Positions 10,086 through 22,760 of a stretch of DNA of 55,603 nucleotides are shown one piece after another. The stretch spans positions 1-55,603 of the forward strand of contig NW_021833705.1 of NCBI RefSeq assembly GCF_006345805.1, in the 5' to 3' direction. This stretch comes from Octopus sinensis (lineage: Eukaryota). Numbering within the stretch: position 1 is the first letter of the stretch; each line of letters starts with the position of its first letter. The position numbers and the translations under genes are program-made. Under the pieces are notes generated by a model, which worked only from the letters and a program-made list of their open reading frames with translations, searched no databases and was not told where the DNA came from.

Positions 10086-12144
10086 TAAATTTGTTATAAT
10101 TGTGAAAAATATTATATAACCATATACATATAAATATAAAAATATAAAAATGTAAAATATAAAAACTTATACATCATAATGCTACACTTATATAATATAA
10201 TACTCATTGGTACAATAAAGGAAGGTAAACAGAACAAAATAAAACAAAATATATATCAGTGTATATATTAATATTAATAAGTACCGATATTATACATATT
10301 TGGCTAATAGTTTTTTTAAAAAAACTAACACATAGGGAGATGAAGAATAATAATTAAAACCATGGTTCAGTTCATAAAATTCTAAAGCTATGAAAGTTAA
10401 TAAAAATTACTATTAATATTAATAATAATAATAAAAATAATAATAATAATAATAGATACAGTTAAGTTTGCACCAAGTCCATCCTTTCAAGATCGAAATA
10501 ACTATGAGTTTAGAAATGCTGATCACTAGGTAAAGAAAATTTAGATTAATTCGATTGGCTATTGGTTTGAAATTTAAATCACAAAAGAAAATTATACGGT
10601 TGGTTAGTCAAGGAACGCCAATATTCACACACGCATCTACAGATCAATCGCACATACACACATAGTTATATGTATATACATACACTTATACACATACATA
10701 ATCACAAGCAACAACTAGCACATAGATAAACAAAAAGGGAAGCAACTATGCTACCATTTAGTCCTTCAAAATTATAACTGTGCCTCAAATAACGAAAAAG
10801 AACCACCCATGCATTACATAAAATATTTAATTTAGATATAAATATATTTTTAAATATCAGTATGTTACTAAGTCAGATAATTATTTCATGGGTAACTTAA
10901 AATTTAAAATTTATAACACCGGTTTGTTGCATAGTAAACATACGGTTGTTAGATTTATCGTAAGTTTGTTATGATTCCAAGTACGCTAAATTATAAAATA
11001 TAAAATATATATTAATTTATATATTATAAATAAATCACTTATTTACTTAATAAATTTAATGCCATAATATACCAGTTTAGGCATTAAAAAATAGAAGGGG
11101 AAGTACTAATGTAAACGCTTATGAGAACATCACAGAAATTTTTAAAAATTTATATTATAAATACTTAAGATAAAATGTGATAAGATAAATAAGAAGGAAT
11201 AAATACGAAGGAATAAATACGGTTATACACATATTATAAGTACAAACCAGTATATATGTATTCATATATTATTAAAATTAAATAAAAATAAATGATAGAT
11301 ATGTATGTATAAAACTACCCTAGTATAAGTAAATAAGTAAAAAATAAATAGATAACAAATTAGATGACTTGATATGTATGTAAACATCTACACTTAAATA
11401 GGCAAATAAATAAATAATTAGAAGACTAAATGCAGAGATTGATAACATTACAATAAAATAAAATAAAAAATAAATAAAGTGAATATATATGTTATATTGT
11501 TGAAAGTAAATATGTATGGAAGGATAATTTAAAGTACAGATCCAGAGGACTATAGATATAAACTAAATATATAAGGCTGGTAATATTTATAAAGCCAAAT
11601 GTATGTAAATGAGAAAATGAAAAAAATGAAAAAGGTTTATTAGTAAGTAGCATAAGATACAAATTAAGGTGAGTACAAAGAAAGACCAAATATACAATAA
11701 AAACCTTCCAAATAAACACATACAAAAAACCTATATTCTCAACCTAAACACACCAAACTCATAAAAGGCTCTCATATATTACATATTATACAATATCATT
11801 ACATTATCTAGAGCTAGGTATCTAACCAAGATATACATATATACTATGCAATATACTATGCAATATTAGAAAACTTCAAAAATCACATATTACAAGGCAA
11901 ATACCAAAATGAATATGTTATTTCGTGTCATATTGCATTTCCCTTAAAAAACAAACAAAAACCCACATACAAAAAACAAGAAACAAATAATACTAGACAC
12001 ATCTATTATTATTATACAAATGTAGCTATAAAAATTATAAAATTATAAATTTATAAGTTGTATACTTAAGAATTATAGAAGACCACAGGTATAGTTAGTT
12101 AAAGAAGGGAGTTAAAAAATTAATAATAGTGGAAGTGCTAAGTT

Positions 12145-14150
12145 CTATTTGAATCTAGAAAAGGTGAACGGTAGCCTATGAATGCAAAAGAAGTTTTTTT
12201 CATTAATGTTGTTAATAATTTGCCGACCCGCTTTAATAATGAAAAAAATTTCATTAATACATAGAGAGCATTTTTTATTTTTTCCATTATACACAGGTGC
12301 TGAAGTTAGTATTTTCCAGTTTAATCTAAAATCTAAGTTCTTACTTTTAAGTTCCCAAATGTTTGCACTTAGCCCTGTAGAGTACATTCTATTTTTATTT
12401 CTAAAAGTATATCTGTGATAATTCAATCTTTGTTTTATGCTATTCATAGTTGCCCCGATATACACCCTACTACTCAATTGGTGTATCTACAGTGCATTGG
12501 TAAACTACCTCCTTCCTGAGGCATTGATTACCAAATACACATTTATTTTTGTTTCTGAAATTACAAAGATTAACAGAATGAGGAAATCTAAGATTGGTCT
12601 CCACCCCTATACTACCATTCACATTATAAGTGTTACAATTGTTATCATCATCCAAACCCAAAATCAACGAATGAGTTAATTTCACATTATCGGCTATATT
12701 CCTATCACTAGTACTAGTATTGGTAGTAGTAGTATGATCTATTACATTTATATTATCTCTGACAGGTACGGTGCACTCATTATTAGTAAGGGGGTTGTTC
12801 ACATTCGTTCCAAGAAAGTTTCTGTTCCTATTATTATTAAAGAGGGGCAAATTTCCCTGGTCTAAATTCAATTTTCTATCCTTATAGAAGTGATCCAGTT
12901 TCCTGTTATTAAAAGAGGAGATAATGGTGGCTAGATTATGAGTAATGCTATATCCCACTCTAACAGTACTGTTGTTAATTAAAGGACTAAATTTATTCTT
13001 ATCCTTATCAAAATGCCTAAATATAACATTATGCAAAGCTCTCACTATGTTTGTTTTAATCTGCATTGCATATGGGATAATCAACCATAGTGTATCCTTA
13101 TCAGAATTAGGATTGCCTATAGAATTATTGTTATTTGTAAAAATCCTATTCCTAGACCAACCCATAGGATTACTATTCTTACCACTGTCATTGTTATATC
13201 TATCTATATCAATATTCCCATGGTTATTGCGCAAGTAAACTTTACCATTATCATGTCTACCATAAGTTTTAATTTGTATATTATTATTAATATTACTACT
13301 ATTACCCGTATGCTCAGATCTATTTGAGCTACCGTTCACCTTTCCGAGGTTAACATCACTTCTACATTTATTATAGGTGTTATCATATATTCTATTTTTA
13401 CTATTCTTATGTAAATTGTTGCTTATCCTAAATCTATTGGTGTTGTTCCTGATAGTTCTACCTCCATTAGGAGGGTTCCCCTTAGGTATAAACCATATCT
13501 TACTTTTGTATCCTGCCTTAAGCAATGCTGCATTGTATCTATCACAATGCTTGTTAAAAATTTCCTCGTTAGAGGATAAACTAGAAATTCTCTGACTAAT
13601 GCTACGCACTAGTGCATTTTTAATTTGAGGGGGGTGATTACTTGAACGGTTAATATATATTAGGTTAGAATTAGGTTTAATATAGGGTTCATGTAAACCA
13701 TTAGTAATGTTACAATTAACATCTAAATAATTAGCAGAATAATTTTCACTTTCAATGATAATGGATAGGCCGAAACTTTTAAAAAATTTATTTATTCTTT
13801 TTTTCAGAAGATCTAATCTCCTATTTGATGTAATCTCCCATTGTGATATTGAACAAGTTGGGTGTGTCCTTTCTAGCCCAAAGTTTATTATCAAACTCTA
13901 TTAAAGTTTTCCTGGCTGTTAGTATAACCTTAATCTCCCCCATACTTAATTTAGTGTATTTTCTAGCAAAAATTAAGGACTTATTTAATATAATAGGGTT
14001 AATGGAAGTGTAATAATTCTGTATATCAAATTGGATAAATTTATTTCTATTATAGCTAAAGTTGTTACTGTCACAGACCTTAATGGCAGAAAACCAATCC
14101 AAAGCACCCTGAGTATTCTTCCAAAGGTTTAGTTTGATTTTATTGCGGAT
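12145..14150 (-). pseudogene. Disrupted PLE RT-GIY-YIG polyprotein (three frames: 13821..14150, 12470..13835, 12145..12477)
   Basis: Frameshifting deletion at ~13835 removes the catalytic Y.DD region; 1-nt frameshift at ~12475 between VVYQC and YIG; stop at 12145. Confidence 0.88.
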
Positions 14151-14679
14151 ATATATATAATATATATTTATATGTAAACATCTGAAAAAAAAACTATATA
14201 TGTATAGATGTTTGGGTGTAGTGTGTGCATGTGTGTGTCTGTGTGTGTGTGTGTGCACGCTTAAGGAGAGTAGAAACTTCTATTTCCTTTGACCTTTAGG
14301 AAAATATTGCTGACTACTTGAAATATTTTGTAGCGGAATTTTAATACAGTTGAAACCATATTCCAAGATTCAGTTGACACTTCAGAACAGAGTAAATAAT
14401 AGCATAAGAATAGAGATAATAACAACATGAGCAGTTAGCACAATATAATAGCAATAATAATGAGAGTATTTTTTTTCTGAAAATATGATCAGATTGAATA
14501 TTACGAAAGCAAACATTTGAAAGCAAGACTCCCAAAACAGATCCAGTTATTCATTTATATCTATCCAAAAATCTTTAGTTTTACAATTTTCCTTCCTTGA
14601 TAATTTTTTTATATTTCTCATTCACAAATGTTTCTCTTAATTATTTGAAACAGCTTTTATTCAAATATTATCTATTATA

Positions 14680-15423
14680 GGTGTAGGAGTGGCTGTGTGG
14701 TAAGTAGCTTGCTTACGGACCACATAGTTCTGGGTTCAGTCCCACTGCGTGACACCTTGGGCAAGTTTCTTCTACTATAGCCTCGGGCCGACCAAAGCCT
14801 TGTGAGTGGATTTGGTAGACGGAAACTGAAAGAAACTCATTGTCTATAGTGTGTGGAAGCGCAATGGACCAGTGGTTAGGGCAGCAGACTCGCGGTCACA
14901 GTATCGCGGTTTCGATTCCCAGATCGGGCGTTGTGAGTGTTTATTGAGCGAAAACACCTAAAGTTCCACAAGTTTCCGGCAGGGGGTGGTGGTGATCCCT
15001 GCTGTACTCTTTCGCCACAACTATCTCTCACTCTTTCTTCTGTTGGCCTGCTCGCTTAGCCAAAGGTCATTTGGAGGCTAAAACAATGCGAAGCGCATTG
15101 TGACCAGCGATGTGTAGCAACATCTGATAGCCTGATCGGTCACATGATCATGTGATATATATATATATATATATATATATGTATTATGTATGTGTGTGTG
15201 TGTATACGTTTGTGTGTCTGTGTTTGTCCCCACAACATCACTTGACAACCAATGCTGGTGTGTTTATGTCCCCGTAACTTAGCAGTTCGGCAAAAGAGAC
15301 CGATAGAATAAGTACTAGAATTACAAAGAATAAGTCCCGGGATCGATTTGCTCAACTACAGGCGGTACTCCAGCATGGCCACAGTCAAATGACTGAAACA
15401 ATTAAAAGAGAGTAAAAGAGAGT
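14680..15423 (+). mobile_element. SINE family A with nested SINE family C (14849-15150)
   Basis: A: GGAGTGGCTGTGTGG A box, GGTTCAGTCC B box, GCCTTGTGAGTGGATTTGGTAGACGGAAACTG core, (GTAAAAGA)n tail. C: TGG.CCAGTGGTTAGGGCAGC..GGTTTCGATTCC head. Confidence 0.9.
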
Positions 15424-15630
15424 ATTTATTTTCTTTCTTTCCAATCATTATTCGTTTAAAGTAAAATGAGAGAAAATAGAATGTATATTAGCAACAGAGG
15501 TGGTATTAATACAGGTAGATAATATTTATTCCCTCTTAAATGTGGATGTTCTATTAGGAAAAATTACACTACAGTGGTTTCTCTCGTGGTAAGCACAACA
15601 GTATAGTTTATTCCAATACAACATCCATGT

Positions 15631-16556
15631 TTAATACTTTCGTTACCATATTTCTGTTCAGATGCTCTGTGTTTCTCTCAATTAATTTTAAATATAACAA
15701 AGAATTTAGGAAAATAACTTAGTTATCATTAAGCTAGTGTTAGGAACATAAATTGTGACTAAGGTTTGGTGGAAGATTTTAATTCAGAACTTATGAAAAC
15801 AAGACATTTGTACTACAGAGCCAGAGCTGGTTTCAGCCAGGTTGGTAACAAAAGGGTTAAATTAATCATTTGTTAACCCTTTTGTTACCATATTTCTTTT
15901 GAGATGCTCTGTGTTTCTCTCAATTAATTTTAAATAAACATAACAAAGAATTTAGTAAAATAACTTAGTTGTCATTAAGCTAGAATTAGGAACATAAATT
16001 GGGGCTTAGGTTTGGTGGAAGATTTTAATTCAAAACTTATGAAAACAAGACATTTGTACTACAGAGGCACAAGCAGTTTCAGCTGGGTTCATATCAAAAG
16101 GGTTAAATTAATCATTTGTTAACCCTTTTGTTACCATATTTCTGTTGAGATGTTCTGTGTTTATTTCAATTTATTCTGAATATAACAAAGAATTTAGTAA
16201 AATAACTTAGTTATCATTAAGCTAGTGCTAGGAACATAAATTGTGACTAAGGTTTGGTGGAAGATTTTAATTCAAAACTTATGAAAACAAGACATTTGTA
16301 CTCAGAGCCAGAGGCAGTTTCAGCCAGGTTGGTAACAAAAGGGTTAAATTAATCATTTGTTAACCCTTTTGTTACCTTATTTCTTTTGAGATGCTCTGTG
16401 TTTCTTTCAATTAATTTTAAATATAACAAAGAATTTAGTAAAATAACTTGGTTATCATTAAGCTAGTGTTAAGAACATAAATTGTGACTAAGGTTTGGTG
16501 GAGGATTTTAATACAAAACTTATGAAAACAAGCTGGGTTGGTATCAAAAGTGTTAA
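15631..16556 (+). mobile_element. Tandem array of 4 TTAA-flanked piggyBac-like MITE units (~242-bp period)
   Basis: TTAA-CCCTTTTGTTACC ... GGTAACAAAAGGG-TTAA units joined by ATTAATCATTTG. Confidence 0.88.
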
Positions 16557-16858
16557 TTAGGGATAAATATTACCTCCCAGAAAATAGAATGTTCAAAAGT
16601 AGAAATAAGAAAATAAAATGAAAGAATAGAAAAGAACAGGTTTAAAAAAACATAGGAGAAAAAGCAATGTTTTAAAGCCTTGCATAAAACAGAGAGGTGA
16701 AGAGAGAAAGCAGTAAAGCTAGATGCAGTCATTGCTTTCAATCCCATTTCTTATCTCAAGATTAATTTTGAAGAAGTCTAGAACAGTGGTCCTTAAGTGG
16801 GATCTGTATGACCCATTGGGGTCCATATAAGATATTTTTCTTAAAATTTATATGCATA

Positions 16859-17265
16859 GGCGCAGGAGTGGCTATGTGGTAAGTAGCTTGCTAACCAACC
16901 ACATGGTTCCGGGTTCAGTCCCACTGCGTGGCATCTGGGCATGTGTCTTCTGCTATAGCCCCGGCCGACCAATGCCTTGTGAGTGGATTTGGTAGACGGA
17001 AACTGAAAGAAGCCTTCGTATATATGTTATATATATATATATATGTGTATGTTGTTGTGTGTCTGTGTTTGTCCCCCTAGCATTGCTTGACAGCCGATGC
17101 TGGTGTGTTTACGTCCCCGTCACTTAGCGGTTCGGCAAAAGAGACCGATAGAATAAGTACTGGGCTTACAAAGAATAAGTCCCGGGGTCGAATTGCTCGA
17201 CTAAAGGCGGTGCTCCAGCATGGCCGCAGTCAAATGACTGAAACAAGTAAAAGAGTAAAAGAGTA
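16859..17265 (+). mobile_element. Full-length SINE family A
   Basis: tRNA-like head, conserved core, internal (TA/TG)n, GTAAAAGA tail. Confidence 0.92.
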
Positions 17266-17277
17266 ATAAATTGCTTA

Positions 17278-17550
17278 TATTGGGTCATCCCATAAATAAA
17301 GTATTTTTTTATACTTCTTTTATTTTTCAAAATTAAGCTAAACAAAAATTTTTTTTAAATTTAAAATATATTCTCCTTCATTTTCTATGATGCTCTTCCA
17401 TCTATCTGGTACATTTTCAAGGCTCCTCTTCCAAAATTCATTTGTCCTTGACAAAAAATATTCCTCCAGTACTGTTCTGACCTCATCTACAGAATTCATA
17501 TTTTTGCTGTCCAAATGATTTTGAAGATTGCAGAATAAATGATAATCAGA
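17278..17550 (-). mobile_element. Mariner transposon 3' end (transposase C-terminus plus probable TIR)
   Basis: SDYHLF.NLQN.L....F...L....RW..II...GEY in ORF 17338..17556; TA-TTGGGTCATCCCATAAATAA terminus. Confidence 0.85.
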
Positions 17551-17613
17551 AACCACTGTAGTGTAGTTTATCCTGATAGAACATCCACATTTAGAAGAAA
17601 GAAGAAAGGTATA

Positions 17614-17962
17614 TCATTATTATTATTATTACTATTATTACTACTACTATTATTATTATTATTATTATTATTATTACTACTACTACTACTATTATTATTA
17701 TTATTACTACTACTATTATTATTAATATTATTACTACTACTACTATTATTACCATTATTACTACTACTACTATTATTATTACTATTATTACTACTACTAC
17801 TATTATTACTATTATTACTACTACTACTATTATTATTACTATTATTACTACTACTACTATTATTATTATTATTACTACTACTACTACTACTATTATTATT
17901 ATTATTACTACTACTACTACTACTATTATTATTATCATTATTACTACTACTATTATTATTAG

Positions 17963-17994
<32 letters not shown>

Positions 17995-18117
17995 TTATTA
18001 TTATTATTATTACTACTACTACTACTACTATTATTATTATTATTATTATTACTACTATTATTATTATTATTATAATTATTATTATTACTACTATTATTAT
18101 TAATATTATTATTATTA
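17614..18117. repeat. (ATT/ACT)n trinucleotide tract
   Basis: Direct reading; source of the poly-Leu/Ile ORFs. Confidence 0.97.
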
Positions 18118-18121
18118 GATT

Positions 18122-18885
18122 AGGCAAGCTGGCAGAATCGTTAGCATGCCGAGCGAAATACTTAGCGGTATTTCATCTGCTGCTACGTTCTAAGTTCAAA
18201 TTCTGCCGAGTTTGACTTTGCCTTTCATCCCTTTGGGGTCAATAAAATAAGTACCAGTTACACACTGGGGTCGATGTAATCGACTATCCCCCCGCTTCAA
18301 ATTTTCAGGCCATGTACCTATAATAGAAAGGATTGTTCCAAAAGGGGAGGTGCTTTAAGGTCCTCGTGGAAAATCCTCCAAAATCCACAATTGTTGCCAG
18401 GGCTGCTGATTGGCTCCCACGCAGGTGGCACGTTAAAAGCACCATTCAAGAGTGATCATTGCTAGTGTCGTCTCAGTGGCACATGTACTGGTGGCGCATA
18501 AAAAGCACCCACTACACTCTTGGAGTGGTTGTGTTAGGAAAGGTATCCAGCTGTAGAAAAACTTTGCCAGATCAGATTGGAGTCTGGTGCAGCCTTCTGG
18601 CTCACCAGTCCTCAGTCAAACCCATGTCCAACCCATGCCAGCATAGAAAACAGACGTTAAATGATGATGATGATGATGATGATGATGTGGAGCACTGGCT
18701 CACCAGAGAAGATATTTAGTAGCATTTCTTCCAGTATTAGGCTCTGAGTTCAAATTCTGCCAAGGTCAACTTTACCTTTTATCCTTTTGAGGTCAATAAA
18801 ATAAGTACCAGTTGAACACTGGGGGTAACTTTAATCAACTTCAGCCCTTCCCCAAACTTGCTGGCCTTGTGCCAAAATTTGAAAT
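18122..18885 (+). mobile_element. SINE B copies (~18122-18330, ~18715-18885) around a family D copy (18395-18686)
   Basis: Family consensus matches. Confidence 0.8.
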
Positions 18886-18891
18886 CATCAA

Positions 18892-19136
18892 CATTATTAT
18901 TTACATTATTTACATTATTAACATAATGTTTCAGCTGATATACCCTCCAAGCCTTCATCAGGTGTCTTGGGGAAATTTTGGGCCTGGGTTCTCATTCCTA
19001 AGGTATTTTTTTATGCTATTATTATTATTATTATTATTATTATCATCATCGTTGTTGTTGTTCAGGTCACTGCCTGGAATCGAATTCAGAATCTTGGGGT
19101 TAGTAGCCCATACTCTTAACCACAACGCCATATGCC
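18892..19136 (-). mobile_element. tRNA-headed SINE with hammerhead 3' module (family H, copy 1; HHR 18920-18966)
   Basis: Minus strand GGCATATGGCGTTGTGGTTAAG (A box)..AATTCGATTCC (B box)..(AAT)n..GACAC-CTGATGA-AGGCTTG..CAGCT-GAAAC-ATT-ATGTT..(AATGTAAAT)n. Confidence 0.8.
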
Positions 19137-19224
19137 TGTGGGTGTATGGCATAGTGGTTAGACCCTACTGATAATCTTTGCTGTCCCTAAGAGATAAACT
19201 TTCTGTAGGAGCTCTCCTGGGCAT

Positions 19225-19646
19225 TCTTCTTCTTCTTCTTATCATTATTATTATTATCATGATTATTATTACTATTACTATTATTATTATCATTATTTTT
19301 ATTATCATTATTATTATTATTATTATTATTATCATCATGATTATTATTACTATTGCTATTATTATTATCATTATTATTATCATTATTATTATTATTATTA
19401 TTATTATCATCATGATTATAATTACTATTACGATTATTATTACTATTATTATTATCATTATTATTATTATCATTATTATTATTATTATCATCATGATTAT
19501 AATTACTATTACTATTATTATTACCATTATTATTATCATTATTATTATTATCATTATTATTATTATTATCATCATGATTATTATTATTATCATGATTATT
19601 ATTACTATTACTATTATTATTATCATTATTATTATCACTATTATTA

Positions 19647-19677
<31 letters not shown>

Positions 19678-19703
19678 CATGATTATTATTACTATTATTA
19701 TTA

Positions 19704-19743
<40 letters not shown>

Positions 19744-19961
19744 TGCTATTATTATCATTATTATTATCATTATTATTATTATCATTATTATTACCATTAT
19801 TATTATTATTATCATTATTATTATTATTATCATCATTATTATTATTATTATCATGATTATTATTACTATTACTATTATTATTATCATTATTATTATCACT
19901 ATTATTATCATTATTATTATTATTATTATTATCATGATTATTATTACTATTATTATTATCA

Positions 19962-19992
<31 letters not shown>

Positions 19993-20993
19993 TGCTATTA
20001 TTATCATTATTATTATCATTATTATTATCATTATTATTATTATCATTATTATTATTATTATCATTATTATTATCATTATTATTATCACTAGTATCCTGAT
20101 TATTATTACTATTACTATTATTATTATCATTATTATTATTATCATTATTATTATTATTATTATCATCGTGATTATTATTACTATTACTATTATCATTATT
20201 ATTATTATTATTATTACTATTACTATTATCATTATCATTATTATTATTATTATCATTATTATTATTATTATCATCATTATTATTATTATTATCATGATTA
20301 TTATTGCTATTACTATTATTATTATCATTACTATTATCATTATTATTATCATTATTATTATTATTATTATCATGATTATTATTACTATTACTATTATTAT
20401 TATCATTATTATTATCACGATTATTATTACTATTACTATTATTATTATCATTATTATTATTATTATCACGATTATTATTACTATTACTATTATTATTATT
20501 ATTATTATTATCATTATCATGATTATTATTACTATTGCTATTATTATTATCATTATTATTATCATTATTATTATCATTATTGCTATTACTATTACTATTA
20601 TTGGGTTTGCACCTAGAGAGTTACCCTCTGAGGCACAAGTCTGGGCAAGGTTGTTTTTATGGAAGACCAGTAGTCGCCCATGCATACCAGCCTCCCCTCT
20701 CCACGCCACCAGTGTTATCCAAGGGAAAGACAAAGGTCGATACAGCTTGGCACCTGTGACGTCGCAACTCATTTCTACAGCTGAGTGAACTGGAGCAACG
20801 TGAAATAAAGTGTCTTGCTCAAGAACACAGCACGCAATCATTATTATTATCATCATCATTATCATCATCATTATTATTATTATTATTATTATCATTACTA
20901 TTATTATTATTATATTATCATTACTATTATTATTATTATTATTATCATTACTATTATTATTATTATCATTACTATTATTATTATTATCATTAC

Positions 20994-21029
<36 letters not shown>

Positions 21030-21065
21030 CATTGTTATTACTATTATCATCATCATCATTATCAT
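19225..21065. repeat. Very long (ATT/ATC/ACT)n tract split by a SINE fragment
   Basis: Direct reading; source of the 728-aa and 536-aa ORFs. Confidence 0.97.
20602..20835 (-). mobile_element. 5'-truncated CORE-like SINE
   Basis: Minus strand TTGAGCAAGACACTTTATTTCACGTTGCTCCAGTTCACTCAGCTGTAGAAATGAG resembles the CORE domain; related decayed head at ~26600-26712. Confidence 0.65.
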
Positions 21066-21566
21066 CAGTACCAGCAACAGCAGCAGTTTCAATATGCATC
21101 AGCCCTAAAAACCACCGATACTTTTCTATGCTACCACCATCACTACTGCTGCCACCACCACCACCACCACCACCAATATCACCACCACCACTATCATAAT
21201 CACATCGCCACTTCACAAAACAACACTTGCATGAATCATAAACGAGAGATGACTTCAACCAAGTTATTCGCTGAAAGATATCAGCAGTGGGTACCAACAT
21301 ACAAGTCAGCCATCCAAGCTGCTTCCATATCAATATCACACACACAGGCATTAACTGGGATAGCTAACCTTTATTTATTTATTTTATTTTATTTTATTTG
21401 TATATTTTTATCCTTATTTATTTTCCTTCATTTCCCTTTCAATTTCAGAGCCAATGATGAGCAGTTCAGACAACTGTATTACAGTCTATATTTCACACTT
21501 GGTTGTAGTCTGTGTTCTTACTTCAATTATGCACTGGCTCTGACGATGATTATTTATTATCATTAT

Positions 21567-21860
21567 TGTGGAGGCGCAATGGCCCAGTTGTTAGGGCAGC
21601 AGACTTGCAGTTGAAGGATCGCGGTTTCGATTCCCAGACTGGGTGTTGTGAGTGTTTATTGAGCAAAAACACCTAAAGCTCCACAGCGGGTGGTGGTGAT
21701 CCCTGCTGTACTCTTTCACCACAACTTTCTCTCATTCTTTCTTCCTGTTTCTCTTGCACCTGTGTTTCTGTACCATGCTGATTCTCCCTGAGAACTACAT
21801 TGTGTACATGTGTCCGTGGAGTGCTCAACCATTTGCACATTAATTTCACAAGCCGGCTGT
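21567..21860 (+). mobile_element. SINE family C
   Basis: Same head and body as 14849-15150 and 26872-27150. Confidence 0.85.
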
Positions 21861-21947
21861 TGTAAGAATTTAGAGATGACAGGAGAGATCTTATATATTT
21901 CAGGGGGAGATCTTGACTATCCAGTTATGTGGGACACTATCAAACGC

Positions 21948-21980
<33 letters not shown>

Positions 21981-21997
21981 TATTATTATCATCATTG

Positions 21998-22034
<37 letters not shown>

Positions 22035-22162
22035 CATCATCATGATTATTGTTGTTGTTGTTGTCGTTGTTGCTATTAATATTAGCATTATTTTGCAGCT
22101 GTTAGTAGTAAGTGGCTGTTGATTTACAACTATGCCGTGAATAAGACATCACACTCTTTAGT

Positions 22163-22760
22163 CTTTACTCTTTTACTTGTTTCAGTCATTTGACTGTGGC
22201 CATGCTGCAGCACCACCTTTAGTCAAGCAAATCGACCCCAGGACTTATTCTTTGGAAGCCCAGTACTTATTCTATCGGTCTCTTTTGCCGAACCACTAAG
22301 TTACAGGGACGTAAACACACCAGCTTCGGTTGTCAAGCGATGTTGGGGAGACTTTCAAATATATCCAAAATTTATTTACAAAATATGGAAGCACACACAC
22401 ACACTTATGCACATATTCATATACATACAAATATAAAACTAAACTTATATTTATAAATATAATTACACATATTTAGGTATGCGTGTGTGTACATATATAT
22501 ATATATATGTATGGATGTGTGTGTGAATACATATATATATATATATGTATCTAATAATATATATATATATATATATGTAGGTGTAGGGATGGTAATAGGC
22601 ACTGGTATGGTTGTATGATAAGACACTTGCTTCCCAACCACATAGTTCCAAGTTCAGTCCCACTGTGTGGCACCTCAAACAAGTGTCTTCTACTATAACC
22701 TCAAGCTGACCAAAGCTTTGTGAGTGGATTTGGTAGACAGAAACTGAAAGAAGTCCATCG
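22163..22760. mobile_element. SINE A fragments: 3' half minus (22163-22348), 5' half plus (~22605-22760)
   Basis: Family consensus match. Confidence 0.8.

Larger units (their letters stand above)
9778..14150 (-). mobile_element. 5'-truncated Penelope-like retroelement (Naiad-like): RT, GIY-YIG endonuclease, ~2.4-kb AT-rich 3' UTR with hammerhead
   Basis: RT motifs W.NT...L.WF, FIQFDI.NYYTSI, ARKTL, FNITMG, YLDV, PY.KPN, SNHPP; EN VVYQC...YIGAT...R...H, CSLC, CIH; (TA)n at both ends. Confidence 0.9.

Noticed and set aside
12145-14150. Selenoprotein-type Naiad (UGA recoding)
   Set aside because: No in-frame UGA in the surviving frames; the breaks are frameshifts and the Cys sites are ordinary codons.
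15631-16556. CRISPR-like regular array
   Set aside because: Units are ~230-bp near-identical TIR elements with a constant linker; there are no unique spacers or cas genes, and the context is eukaryotic.
16859-16930. tRNA genes at SINE heads (families A, B, C, H)
   Set aside because: A/B boxes are present but there is no complete cloverleaf or acceptor stem, and each continues into a SINE body.
19165-21351. 728-aa and 536-aa ORFs
   Set aside because: Stop-free frames of (ATT/ATC)n; the non-repetitive parts are a SINE fragment.
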